This document shows positions 1 to 8,393 of a DNA stretch of 20,000 nucleotides, one piece after another. Source of the stretch: Nitrospiraceae bacterium. GTDB lineage: Bacteria > Nitrospirota > Nitrospiria > Nitrospirales > Nitrospiraceae. Where the stretch lies: contig JBBIQV010000010.1 of assembly GCA_037442105.1 (NCBI GenBank), positions 55,941 to 75,940 on the forward strand, in the 5' to 3' direction. The notes beneath the pieces are model-generated. The model made no database searches and was not told the origin of the DNA. It worked only from the letters and a program-made list of their open reading frames with translations. Both the position numbers and the translations under genes were made by a program. The stretch's first letter is position 1. Each line of letters begins with the position of its first letter.

Positions 1-1
1 A

Positions 2-130
<129 letters not shown>

Positions 131-168
131 CGTTCTCGGAGAATGCACTGCCGGCGCAGCGGCTTCGC

Positions 169-198
169 TTGACGGGGAGAATCAGCCTGGGGTAAGGT
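169..198 (+). promoter_or_regulatory. Possible sigma70 promoter for pup
   Basis: TTGACG (169-174), 18-nt spacer, TAAGGT (193-198). Shine-Dalgarno GGAGGT at 255-260 precedes the ATG at 267. Confidence 0.35.
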
Positions 199-266
199 GA
201 TTTCAAGCGATCATGCTGGAATGGAGTCTGCAAATCGAGGCTTCATGAGCTACGGGAGGTGCTCCG

Positions 267-464
267 ATGGAGAAACAGGAGAGGAGACCCGAGACCAGGA
301 AGGACCCGCAAGCAAGAGAGGAGGTCAAACCGAATCCCAAGGTTGTCGATGCCGGCAAGAAACTCAAAGAGGATATCGATAAACTAGTGGATGAGATCGA
401 CGATGTCCTCGAAAAGAATGCAGAAGAGTTTGTGAAAAACTACGTCCAGAAGGGAGGAGAGTAA
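267..464 (+). CDS. pup: Prokaryotic ubiquitin-like protein Pup (65 aa, C-terminal GGE)
   Basis: C-terminus DKLVDEIDDVLEKNAEEFVKNYVQKGGE matches the Pup signature (DEIDxVLExNAExFVxxYVQKGG[QE]). Charged, disordered-looking N-terminus; strong SD. Confidence 0.95.
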   Translation: MEKQERRPETRKDPQAREEVKPNPKVVDAGKKLKEDIDKLVDEIDDVLEKNAEEFVKNYVQKGGE

Positions 465-675
465 GGCAGCATCGAGCTGCTCGAAAAACTGAACCGAGCA
501 ACGGTTTTCCCTCGTACGATACATTTGTTCTTTTCCTCAGCGCTGTCTTCATTGATCCGTCTGTGCCCGTTCTTCGTTCGCCTGCCTTGTGCATCATGTT
601 GATCGACTGATACGTGAGCTGTGGCTCGCCTGTGCCGGAGGTTTCGTTGCGCGAGCTGTTCTTGCTCGGCGTGGT

Positions 676-704
676 TTGACAAAGAGTTGGGGAGCCTATA
701 CTAT
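676..704 (+). promoter_or_regulatory. Sigma70 promoter upstream of recJ-rel
   Basis: Perfect TTGACA (676-681), 17-nt spacer, TACTAT (699-704). Confidence 0.6.
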
Positions 705-776
705 TCCCCTTACTTCTCAATAAGTTGCGGCTAGTGATTCTACTGCATGTTGCCTGTCATGTGATGTGACAAGACT

Positions 777-2477
777 ATGCGCGAAAGACTCTGGATTTTC
801 AGGCAAGTCAGTTCCGCGCAGCAAGCGGCCTTAGCGCAGGCACTCTCGATTTCTCCCATCACCGCGTTGGTGCTGCTCGCGCGTGGCGTGACGACGCTGG
901 AAGAAGCCGGCCGCTGGCTGGCGCTCCACACAGAACCATCCCACGATCCCTTCCTGTTGCCTGATATGGAACGAACGGTCGATCGGCTCCATCGGGCGGT
1001 CGAGCAGGGCGAGCGCATCTGCTTTTACGGCGATTACGACGTTGATGGGGTATCGGCGACAAGCATTTATCTGTCTTTCTTCCGGTCGCTCGGAGCGAAC
1101 GGGCACGTGTACATTCCTCATCGCCTCCACGAGGGCTATGGCTTGAATGAAGACGCGATCTGGGCGTTGCATCGAGACGGCGTGTCGCTGGTAGTGACCT
1201 CGGATTGCGGGACGACATCGCACCGCGAGATCGAACTGGCGAATCGCTTAGGGCTCGATGTGGTGGTCACCGACCATCACCAGCCTGATGAGCATCTGCC
1301 CCCGGCAATGGCGTTATTGAACCCTTACCGGACCGGCACTGCCTATCCCTTCAAGGGTCTCTGTTCCGGCGGACTGGCCTTCAAGGTGGTGCAGGCCTAC
1401 CAGATGAAATATGGAGCGGACTTCTCCCTCGACATGCTGTATGACCTGGTGGCGCTCTCGACCATTGCGGATATTGTGCCGTTGCAGGATGAAAATCGGC
1501 GATTCGTGCGCGAAGGGCTGGCGCAGTTGTCGCGCGGCGCTCGTTGCGGCATCCGCGCATTGAAACAGATGGCCGGGATCGCGCGGGACTGCACAGCGGA
1601 AACCGTTGCTTTCAAGCTGGCGCCTCGCCTGAATGCGGCCGGCCGGTTGGCCCACGCGCTGCTGGGGGTGCAGTTGCTCACCACGGAGTCCGACCTGGAG
1701 GCCAGACGGTTGGCGGAAGAATTAGAGCGGCTCAACCGGGAGCGTCAGCAGATCGAGGAGCAGATTACCACGGAGGCCATGTCCGCGATCGATCGAGATG
1801 ATCCACCTGCTGCGATTGTCCTCGGCGCCAAGCAGTGGCATCTGGGGGTGGTGGGGATCGTCGCGGCTCGGCTCGTGGAACGGTTTCATCGCCCTGCCGT
1901 GGTAATGGCCGTCAATGAGCGGGGAATTGCCAAAGGGTCAGCCAGGACTGTGCCCGGCTTCGATCTGTATCAAGCGCTGACGGCTTGCCGGGATCTCTTA
2001 GTGGGATACGGCGGCCATCCGACCGCAGCGGGACTCACGATTCAGGAGGCTCATATTCCGGAGTTTCGCGAGCGATTTGCTTCTCTCGCCGTCGCAGCAT
2101 CCAACGGAGGTCAGCGAGTGCCGGCTCTCCACGTGGATGCGGAGGTCAACCTGACCGAAGTCAATCTTCGGTTGATTCGTGAGTTGGGAACGCTCCATCC
2201 TTTCGGCGCCGGGAACCCGGAGCCGACGTTCGCGGTCAGGAATCTTTCGGTGCTCAATGCGCGGGTGGTGGGAGAGAAGCATCTCAAACTGACCGTGCGA
2301 CAAGGGAACTCGATGACGTTCGACAGCATCGGCTTTGGACTCGGAGCCCTCGCCGAGCGGGGACTGGCCTCCCGCCGTCCTGTCGATCTCGCATTCGTTC
2401 CAGAAATGAATCGCTGGAACGGCTACGACCGGATCCAGTTGCGTATTCGTGATGTGCGCATGAGTGAGCTTCTATAG
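777..2477 (+). CDS. recJ: Single-stranded-DNA-specific exonuclease RecJ
   Basis: DHH-family motifs YGDYDVDG, YIPHRLHEGYGLN, TSDCG, VTDHH, APRLNAAGRL, KGSAR, GGHPTAAG and PFGAGNPEP; 566 aa. Confidence 0.97.
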   Translation: MRERLWIFRQVSSAQQAALAQALSISPITALVLLARGVTTLEEAGRWLALHTEPSHDPFLLPDMERTVDRLHRAVEQGERICFYGDYDVDGVSATSIYLSFFRSLGANGHVYIPHRLHEGYGLNEDAIWALHRDGVSLVVTSDCGTTSHREIELANRLGLDVVVTDHHQPDEHLPPAMALLNPYRTGTAYPFKGLCSGGLAFKVVQAYQMKYGADFSLDMLYDLVALSTIADIVPLQDENRRFVREGLAQLSRGARCGIRALKQMAGIARDCTAETVAFKLAPRLNAAGRLAHALLGVQLLTTESDLEARRLAEELERLNRERQQIEEQITTEAMSAIDRDDPPAAIVLGAKQWHLGVVGIVAARLVERFHRPAVVMAVNERGIAKGSARTVPGFDLYQALTACRDLLVGYGGHPTAAGLTIQEAHIPEFRERFASLAVAASNGGQRVPALHVDAEVNLTEVNLRLIRELGTLHPFGAGNPEPTFAVRNLSVLNARVVGEKHLKLTVRQGNSMTFDSIGFGLGALAERGLASRRPVDLAFVPEMNRWNGYDRIQLRIRDVRMSELL

Positions 2478-2486
2478 GTTGCCCGG

Positions 2487-4670
2487 ATGGTGTACCAGAC
2501 GGTTACCGACGTTGATGAACTGCTTGAGCGGGTGAAGGGGTATCACGCCGAGGCGGACCTCAGCCTGGTGCGGAAGGCCTACGAGTTTTCGGCCAAGGCC
2601 CATGCAGGCCAGGTGCGGTTGTCTGGCGAACCCTACCTGCAACATCCGTTGGCCGTGGCCGGCGTGCTGACCTCTTTGAAGACCGACGTGACCGCGATTG
2701 TCGCCGCCTTGCTGCACGACACGTTGGAAGATACCGTGGCGACGTCCGAGCAATTGGAGCGGGAGTTCGGCAAGGACGTATTGCATCTTGTGGACGGCGT
2801 GACGAAGATCGGCAAGATCGCCTTCCGGAATTCCGAGGAGAAGCAAGCGGAGAATTTCCGGAAGATGGTGCTCTCGATGGCGGACGATATCCGCGTCGTG
2901 CTGATCAAATTGGCCGATCGGCTGCATAACATGCGGACATTGGAGTACCTGAGCGAAGCCAAACGACAGCAGATTGCCCAGGAGACCCTGGAGATCTATG
3001 CGCCGCTCGCCAACCGTCTGGGGATCGGCTGGATCAAAAACGAGTTGGAGGACCTCTGCCTCAAGCATCTGAAGCCCGATGTGTATGAGATGCTTCGCGT
3101 GCGGGTGGCCAAGCGGGATGAGGACCGCCAGCAATACATCCACGAGGTAATGGAGCTCGTGAGGAAAGCGATGGATGAGGCGGGGTTGCCCGGCGAGGTG
3201 TATGGGCGGCCCAAACATCTCTACGGCATCTACCAAAAGATGGACAAGCAATCCATCTCCTTTGAAGAGGTCTATGACCTGGCCGCTCTTCGGATCGTCA
3301 CGGACACGAAGATGAACTGCTATGCGTTGCTCGGCGTCATCCATTCGTTGTGGCGCCCGATCCCGGGTCGGTTTAAGGACTACATCGCGATTCCCAAGTC
3401 GAACATGTATCAGTCGCTGCATACGACGGTAGTCGGGCCGAAAGGCGAACATGTCGAGTTCCAAATCCGGACCGAGGAGATGCATCTGGTGGCGGAGGAC
3501 GGCATTGCAGCCCACTGGAAATACAAAGATGCCGGACGGATCGAAGAGAAAGACAGCAAGGCCTTCAGTTGGTTACGCCAGTTCTTGGAATGGCACAAGG
3601 ATCTGCCGGATAACCGGCAGTTCATGGACTCGGTCAAGCTCGATCTCTTCCACGATGTCGTCTATGTGTTCACACCGAAGGGCATGGTGAAGGAATTGCC
3701 CAAAGGCTCGACGCCGGTCGATTTCGCCTATGCCATTCACACGGCAGTAGGGGATCACTGTGTGGGCGCGAAGGTCAACGGCAAGATCGTACCTCTCAGG
3801 CATCAGTTGGCAAGCGGCGATACGGTAGAGATTCTGACGTCGCCCAGTCAGACGCCGCATAAAGATTGGCTCAAGTTTGTTCGAACGTCTCGCGCCAAGG
3901 CCAAGATCAAACATTGGGTCAAAGCGGAAGAGCAGAAGCGGAGCATCGAGATCGGTCGCCGGCTTCTGGAAGCGGAGTTCCGCCGTCATGGACTTGCGCC
4001 TGCGCAGATGCTCAAATCCGAGCAGTTGTTGGAAGTCGCGCACCAGGCCGGCCATGACTCGATCGATGAGTTGGCTGCCGCCGTGGGATTCGGCCACCTG
4101 GCGACGTCGGAGGTCATCACGCGATTGTGTGTTGTGCCTGCCGATGGGGCGAAAACCGTGGCTCCTGAACCGCCCGCCGTTCAGAAGCCGGTGTCCGGCA
4201 GGGCCGGCGACAAAGGGGTGCAGGTGAAGGGCGCGCATGATCTTCTGATGCAGCTCTCTCGCTGTTGCAATCCCATTCCCGGAGATCGGATTCTCGGCTA
4301 TATCACTCGAGGGCGCGGGCTGACCATCCATACGATGGATTGCCCGAATCTCGAAGCGCTGGATTACGACAAAGATCGCCTGGTCGAAGTGGAATGGGAT
4401 CAGGCAACGCCGGGTACCCACGCGGTGAAAGTGTCGGTCATTGCGGTCGACAAGACAGGTGTCTTGGCCAATGTGTCCTCCGCCATCGCCGAATGCCATG
4501 CGAACATCAGTCGCGCGGAAATTACGACCAGAGAAGATCGCAAGGCGGAGCTGGATTTCGTGATCGAGGTCTGCGACACGGCGCATCTGCATCGCGTGTT
4601 GAAGGCGATCGAGCGAGTGGCCGGCGTGATTACGACGCGCAGGGTACGGGCCTGGCAAGAGCGATCATGA
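2487..4670 (+). CDS. rel: Long bifunctional (p)ppGpp synthetase/hydrolase Rel/SpoT
   Basis: HD hydrolase (RLSGEPY, ALLHDTLED, KLADRLHNMRT), synthetase (GRPKH, RFKDY, YQSLHT, EFQIRT), TGS (VFTPKG...DFAYAIHT), CCNPIPGD zinc/CC domain and C-terminal ACT domain. Confidence 0.97.
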   Translation: MVYQTVTDVDELLERVKGYHAEADLSLVRKAYEFSAKAHAGQVRLSGEPYLQHPLAVAGVLTSLKTDVTAIVAALLHDTLEDTVATSEQLEREFGKDVLHLVDGVTKIGKIAFRNSEEKQAENFRKMVLSMADDIRVVLIKLADRLHNMRTLEYLSEAKRQQIAQETLEIYAPLANRLGIGWIKNELEDLCLKHLKPDVYEMLRVRVAKRDEDRQQYIHEVMELVRKAMDEAGLPGEVYGRPKHLYGIYQKMDKQSISFEEVYDLAALRIVTDTKMNCYALLGVIHSLWRPIPGRFKDYIAIPKSNMYQSLHTTVVGPKGEHVEFQIRTEEMHLVAEDGIAAHWKYKDAGRIEEKDSKAFSWLRQFLEWHKDLPDNRQFMDSVKLDLFHDVVYVFTPKGMVKELPKGSTPVDFAYAIHTAVGDHCVGAKVNGKIVPLRHQLASGDTVEILTSPSQTPHKDWLKFVRTSRAKAKIKHWVKAEEQKRSIEIGRRLLEAEFRRHGLAPAQMLKSEQLLEVAHQAGHDSIDELAAAVGFGHLATSEVITRLCVVPADGAKTVAPEPPAVQKPVSGRAGDKGVQVKGAHDLLMQLSRCCNPIPGDRILGYITRGRGLTIHTMDCPNLEALDYDKDRLVEVEWDQATPGTHAVKVSVIAVDKTGVLANVSSAIAECHANISRAEITTREDRKAELDFVIEVCDTAHLHRVLKAIERVAGVITTRRVRAWQERS

Positions 4671-4725
4671 TGGCGGGAATCGCACGCGTGACTGTCCTTC
4701 CGAAAGATGTAGCCCCTCTCTCACC

Positions 4726-6246
4726 ATGAGTTTCGGCATTCTCCTCGGCAAACTGGCCGCGACCGCGCTCGGCATCGTCGCCGTGGTGGCAGGCCTGGCC
4801 TACCTTGCACAGAAGCGCCAAAGGGCGTTTCCTCTCTCCGTCATTGTCGGCGCCGGCCTGACACTCCTTCTTGCCGGTGTGGTGCTGGTCTTCAGGAGCG
4901 GGCTCGTCGCTCCTCTTTCTCCGGGTGCCTTGAATTGGCTCGAAGTCGGGGCCTATCTCGGCGCCTCGTTTCTATTTCTGAAAACCGTCGATCTGCTGTT
5001 TATCGGCGACTATTTGGTGGAGCGACGGGGGACTTACATTCCGGATGTCGTTCGCAGCCTCATTCTGTTCACGGGACTTACAGCCGCTGCTTTGGTGATC
5101 TTGCGGCTGGTGATGAACATCAACGTCATCGCGCTTGTGGCGCTGCCGACCGTCGCGACGGCGGTCGTCGGTGTGGCCTTGCGCGACACGCTGGTCCGAT
5201 TTTTTTCAGGCATCGCGCTGGGCAAGATGGTTCGAGTCGGGGATTGGGTCATGGTGCTGGACCGTGAAGGGATGGTGGCGGACATCGGATTCGGTCATGT
5301 CGCCTTGGTCACGAGAGAACACGATACCGTGATGTTGCCGAACAATACCGTGATTGAAGCCGGTCTTGTGAACTTCAGTAAACCTACGACGGCGCATATC
5401 TGTTCCATCTCTGTGGAAGCCGCGTACCGAGCCTCGCCAAGCCAGGTTTGCGCGGTGTTGGTCGAGGCGGCGACGGCGGTCGAAGGGGTGTTGGCCGAAC
5501 CGAAGCCTGTCGCGATCGTCTCGGCGTTCAACGAATCCGGGATCGAATACCGGCTTCGATTTTCGATCAGTGATTTCGCTCGCCGTCTGCAGATTGAAAG
5601 CGCAGTCCGAACTTACATCTGGAACGCGTTTCAACGGAACGGGATTGATATCCCCTTTCCCCAGCGGGTGGTGCGGATGGTGGATGCCGGAGCCGATAAA
5701 AACGGCGGTAAGGAATCCGACCAGATCGTCGGCTATCTTGCGGCCGTCGATTTCTTTACCATCCTTACTCCGAATCAGATTGAGGCGCTTGCCAGGGACG
5801 CAAGGATCCAGCAATTTCTCCCCGGAGAACAGATTGTGCGGCAAGGCGAATCAGGGCAGGATCTTTATGTCATTCTGGACGGGGAAGCAGCGGTTTGCCT
5901 GGAACATGAAGGACGGAGTTCCATGGTTAGTACCCTCCATAAAGGGCAATTCTTTGGTGAAATGTCGCTGCTCACCGGCGATCCCCGTTCCGCGACGGTG
6001 CGGGCGATTACGCCGTTGGCGGTGGTGGCGGTGGGCAAGCAGGCGCTGAGCCGGGTAGTTCAAGAGGATGAACGGATCGTGAGCCGCATCGGCGAAGTTG
6101 TGGCGCGGCGGCAAGTGTTGACGGCGGCAGCCAAAGAACAGTTGAGTCGCGAGAGTGCCAGCCAGGCTGTGGCCAGACAAACCCAATCTTTGATTCAACG
6201 GATTCAGAAATTTCTGAGGGGCGGTTCTGGCGCGCAAAAAGGTTAA
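4726..6246 (+). CDS. MscS-family mechanosensitive channel with C-terminal cyclic-nucleotide-binding domain (bCNG-like)
   Basis: N-terminal TM helices, MscS beta-domain (VRVGDWV...GMVADIG...LPNN) and GIDIPFPQR. cNMP-binding motif GQFFGEMSLLTGDPRSATVRA. Confidence 0.9.
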   Translation: MSFGILLGKLAATALGIVAVVAGLAYLAQKRQRAFPLSVIVGAGLTLLLAGVVLVFRSGLVAPLSPGALNWLEVGAYLGASFLFLKTVDLLFIGDYLVERRGTYIPDVVRSLILFTGLTAAALVILRLVMNINVIALVALPTVATAVVGVALRDTLVRFFSGIALGKMVRVGDWVMVLDREGMVADIGFGHVALVTREHDTVMLPNNTVIEAGLVNFSKPTTAHICSISVEAAYRASPSQVCAVLVEAATAVEGVLAEPKPVAIVSAFNESGIEYRLRFSISDFARRLQIESAVRTYIWNAFQRNGIDIPFPQRVVRMVDAGADKNGGKESDQIVGYLAAVDFFTILTPNQIEALARDARIQQFLPGEQIVRQGESGQDLYVILDGEAAVCLEHEGRSSMVSTLHKGQFFGEMSLLTGDPRSATVRAITPLAVVAVGKQALSRVVQEDERIVSRIGEVVARRQVLTAAAKEQLSRESASQAVARQTQSLIQRIQKFLRGGSGAQKG

Positions 6247-6758
6247 GGCTGCTGGAACTGGAGCTTGACGCCTTTCTGGAGCCGTAGCGCCTCGGCCATC
6301 CCACCGGCCAGCTCGAGGACGAACATCGCGTCCTCATTCGGCCGATATTGCGGGCAGCTATCGTCGGTTCTCGTGCAGATCGGCACGTTGCGTTCGATAT
6401 GCACGATTTTCTTCTTTCCGTCCATCCAGATGATATCCAACGGGATCTTGGTGTTCTTCATCCAAAAGGTCCAGGGCTGCGCGTCCGAGAACGTGAAGAG
6501 CATGCCGCGATCCCTGGGAAGGTTTTCTCGAAACATGAGCCCGCGCGATCGCTCTTGAGGGGTCGCGGCCAGTTCGGCGTGAATGAGTTCTCCTCCGGGC
6601 ATCTGAATCCTGATGAGCTTCTCCTCCGGGCGAGTTTCCGCATTCACAGGGCCCCACATCCAACAGTGGGGCATGATCAATATCGCAATGGATGTCAGGA
6701 GTCTGGTGACTATACCAAGGAAGAATTGTCGCGCGGTTTGGTGGGCATGCGAGAACAC
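6243..6758 (-). CDS. DUF192 family protein with N-terminal signal/anchor
   Basis: Motifs ELAATPQERSRGLMFR, GMLFTF, FWMKNTKIPLDIIW and VLELAGG. The start is uncertain; GTG at 6758 is favoured by the promoter position. Confidence 0.9.
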   Translation of the reverse strand: MFSHAHQTARQFFLGIVTRLLTSIAILIMPHCWMWGPVNAETRPEEKLIRIQMPGGELIHAELAATPQERSRGLMFRENLPRDRGMLFTFSDAQPWTFWMKNTKIPLDIIWMDGKKKIVHIERNVPICTRTDDSCPQYRPNEDAMFVLELAGGMAEALRLQKGVKLQFQQP

Positions 6759-6764
6759 GGCGTC

Positions 6765-6793
6765 ATCGTAACCAGCTTGCCGGAACTCGTCAA
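6765..6793 (-). promoter_or_regulatory. Sigma70 promoter for the DUF192 gene (predicts a leaderless transcript)
   Basis: Minus strand TTGACG (6793-6788), 17-nt spacer, TACGAT (6770-6765). Expected +1 falls at about 6758, the GTG start. Confidence 0.5.
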
Positions 6794-6923
6794 GGCTGAG
6801 GAGCGCCTGTTTCTGAGGGGCGCGATCCCTTCGCCATCTCGTACGCCTCGTTGTCTTGCAATCGCAAAGAGTCCTGTGCGATTCTGTCCCACCGTTTCAA
6901 CCGTGTTGTGGAGGGTAGGCGTC

Positions 6924-7109
6924 ATGAAAGAGAAGCGCAGAGTGTTGTACAAGAAAGGCGTGTTCGTGTGTCCGAAGTGCCGGCAGTCCTATGTTCAAGA
7001 GAAGTGGATGGAGGAATGGCGGATTCGCTGCCATAAGTGTGATTACCGCGGCACGTTGACTGAGGTGTCGGTCGAAGAACACCTGGATGAAGAGACGATT
7101 CGTCATTAG
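6924..7109 (+). CDS. Small zinc-ribbon-like protein (61 aa)
   Basis: MKEKRRVLYKKGVFVCPKCRQSYVQEKWMEEWRIRCHKCDYRGTL... has two CxxC pairs. SD GGAGG lies at 6910-6914. It is the real tail of the spurious 253-aa ORF 6348-7109. Confidence 0.75.
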   Translation: MKEKRRVLYKKGVFVCPKCRQSYVQEKWMEEWRIRCHKCDYRGTLTEVSVEEHLDEETIRH

Positions 7110-7111
7110 CT

Positions 7112-7198
7112 TAGTTGCGCTATTCATGACGGTTTCTCGCGAAGCTGATTTCGAACGATCAGGGCTATTCGCTGTTCGCTGCCGGCTTCTCGCTATCG
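7112..7198. repeat. Degenerate MITE-A terminus plus five-unit heptamer array
   Basis: TATTCATGACGGTT (7121-7134) is the exact reverse complement of 19184-19197. Heptamers GCTATTC-GCTGTTC-GCTGCCG-GCTTCTC-GCTATCG run 7164-7198. TTCGCTGCCGGCTTC (7175-7189) is identical to 19159-19173. Confidence 0.7.
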
Positions 7199-7276
7199 GG
7201 AGCGCCGAGACTGCCTGTTCCGATGGCATGAGTGCCGGGATGGTCTGGTGGGGTGTCGATTCTGTGACGAGGTAAG

Positions 7277-7882
7277 GTGATGATTCGCTCCGGTTGGGTA
7301 GCAGGGATCATCATCGGATGCCTGCTTGCTCTGAGCAACATTGCTGATGCCGGTGACTCTTCTTCTCCAACGAAGGTCCTCATCGCTTACCATTCGCTGT
7401 CCGGCAATACCGAGAAAATGGCTGACGCTGTTGCGGAAGGCGCCCGCAGTGTGCCCGGAACGCAGGTGTTGGTCAAACGTGTCGGGCAGGTGACGGCCGA
7501 TGAACTGCTTTCCTCTGATGCCATCATTGTCGGCTCGCCTGTCTATTGGTCCAACATGGCGGGCGAGGTGAAAACCTTCTTTGATAACTGGCAATTCAAG
7601 TTTGGCGTCTTTCCTGAGTTCAAAATGAAAGACAAGGTGGGCGCCGCGTTCGCGACGGGTGGCCAGATCTCCAGTGGTAAGGAACTCACGATGCTCACGA
7701 TCCTTGCCGCGATGCTTGGAAATCAGATGATCGTCGTCAGCGGGGGCGGTGCGTTTGGAGCGTCGGCGACCACGGAAGGAGAGAGTCCTGGAGTAGATAG
7801 CAAGGAGGCTGCTGACGCCAGGAGTCTGGGACGCCGGGTTGCTGAAGTTGCCGCAATCGTCAGAGCCGGGATTGCCAAATAA
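7277..7882 (+). CDS. Flavodoxin-fold / WrbA-like NAD(P)H-dependent oxidoreductase with predicted Sec signal peptide
   Basis: FMN P-loop YHSLSGNTEKMA, plus DAIIVGSPVYWSNM, KVGAAFATGG and ARSLGRRVA. N-terminal MMIRSGWVAGIIIGCLLALSNIADA ends in an AxA cleavage motif. Confidence 0.88.
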   Translation: MMIRSGWVAGIIIGCLLALSNIADAGDSSSPTKVLIAYHSLSGNTEKMADAVAEGARSVPGTQVLVKRVGQVTADELLSSDAIIVGSPVYWSNMAGEVKTFFDNWQFKFGVFPEFKMKDKVGAAFATGGQISSGKELTMLTILAAMLGNQMIVVSGGGAFGASATTEGESPGVDSKEAADARSLGRRVAEVAAIVRAGIAK

Positions 7883-7942
7883 ACGTTTCCCGCAGCGCTG
7901 CTTCCTCGTAGATTTCCTCCCCAGGTTTTGCCGATTCGCCCT

Positions 7943-8007
7943 GCTGCCGGCTGGTTGGCACACTTAGGCGCCGCAGAAACTCATGAATACATGAATAATG
8001 GGATTAG
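7943..8007. repeat. Degenerate MITE-A right terminus
   Basis: GCTGCCGGCT (7943-7952) also occurs at 7178-7187 and 19162-19171. AGAAACTCATGAATA (7975-7989) is a gapped inverse of 7121-7137. CATGAATAATG (7990-8000) is identical to 19190-19200. Confidence 0.55.
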
Positions 8008-8038
8008 GCCAGAAGACGAATAGGGTCGGCTCTGAGGG

Positions 8039-8245
8039 TTACCGGGCGACTTTCGAACAGGGCGCGTTGTCGAGAGGGCAGTTCGCCAGTTCAACGAACT
8101 CATGAATGTTCTTGGCGCAACGGCCACAACACCCATTCTTCTTGAGCGAGAAGGCTTCGATCAGTTGGTTGGAGGTTACCAGGCCTGTTCGTCCGGCTTC
8201 GCGGACAGCGGATTCAGTAATGCCTTTGCAGAGACAGACATACAT
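8039..8245 (-). CDS. bfd: Bacterioferritin-associated ferredoxin (Bfd-like [2Fe-2S])
   Basis: MYVCLCKGIT...GCCGRC gives the Bfd Cys spacing (CxC...CxxC). SD TAAGGGGG; Fur box upstream. Confidence 0.88.
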   Translation of the reverse strand: MYVCLCKGITESAVREAGRTGLVTSNQLIEAFSLKKNGCCGRCAKNIHEFVELANCPLDNAPCSKVAR

Positions 8246-8296
8246 GGGTATGCCCCCTTACTTGGGTGAGGCCGACAGCCCGTTGCCGCCATGAAC

Positions 8297-8316
8297 GATT
8301 ATGAGAACCGTTATCA
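8297..8316. promoter_or_regulatory. Fur box
   Basis: GATTATGAGAACCGTTATC (8297-8315) matches 15/19 of GATAATGATAATCATTATC. The 7-1-7 form TGAGAAC-C-GTTATCA is at 8302-8316. It lies just downstream of the bfd promoter. Confidence 0.8.
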
Positions 8317-8326
8317 TCTTTGCCCG

Positions 8327-8355
8327 AATATACGCCCTGCTGAGAATTCTGTCAA
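8327..8355 (-). promoter_or_regulatory. Sigma70 promoter for bfd
   Basis: Minus strand TTGACA (8355-8350), 17-nt spacer, TATATT (8332-8327). Confidence 0.75.
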
Positions 8356-8393
8356 GGGGCTAAGTGATGATCTCTGACAAGCGTGAAAGGGCG

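Noticed and set aside
267..464. Calling the small modifier UBact
   Set aside because: It lacks the R[ST]G[EQ] terminus and has the Pup-specific EIDxVLE...NAEEFV...QKGGE motif.
465..675. Small gene or ncRNA between pup and recJ
   Set aside because: ORFs here overlap pup or lack an SD, and I could not recognise any RNA family structure. Only the recJ promoter is supportable.
2472..4658. Long antisense ORFs (347 and 361 aa) opposite rel, and similar ones at 16859-17953 and 18005-19012
   Set aside because: Shadow frames expected from GC-rich codon usage; no recognisable motifs.
6348..6923. N-terminal 192 codons of the 253-aa ORF 6348-7109
   Set aside because: Largely antisense to the well-supported DUF192 gene. 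Only the SD-preceded part from 6924 looks like a real protein.
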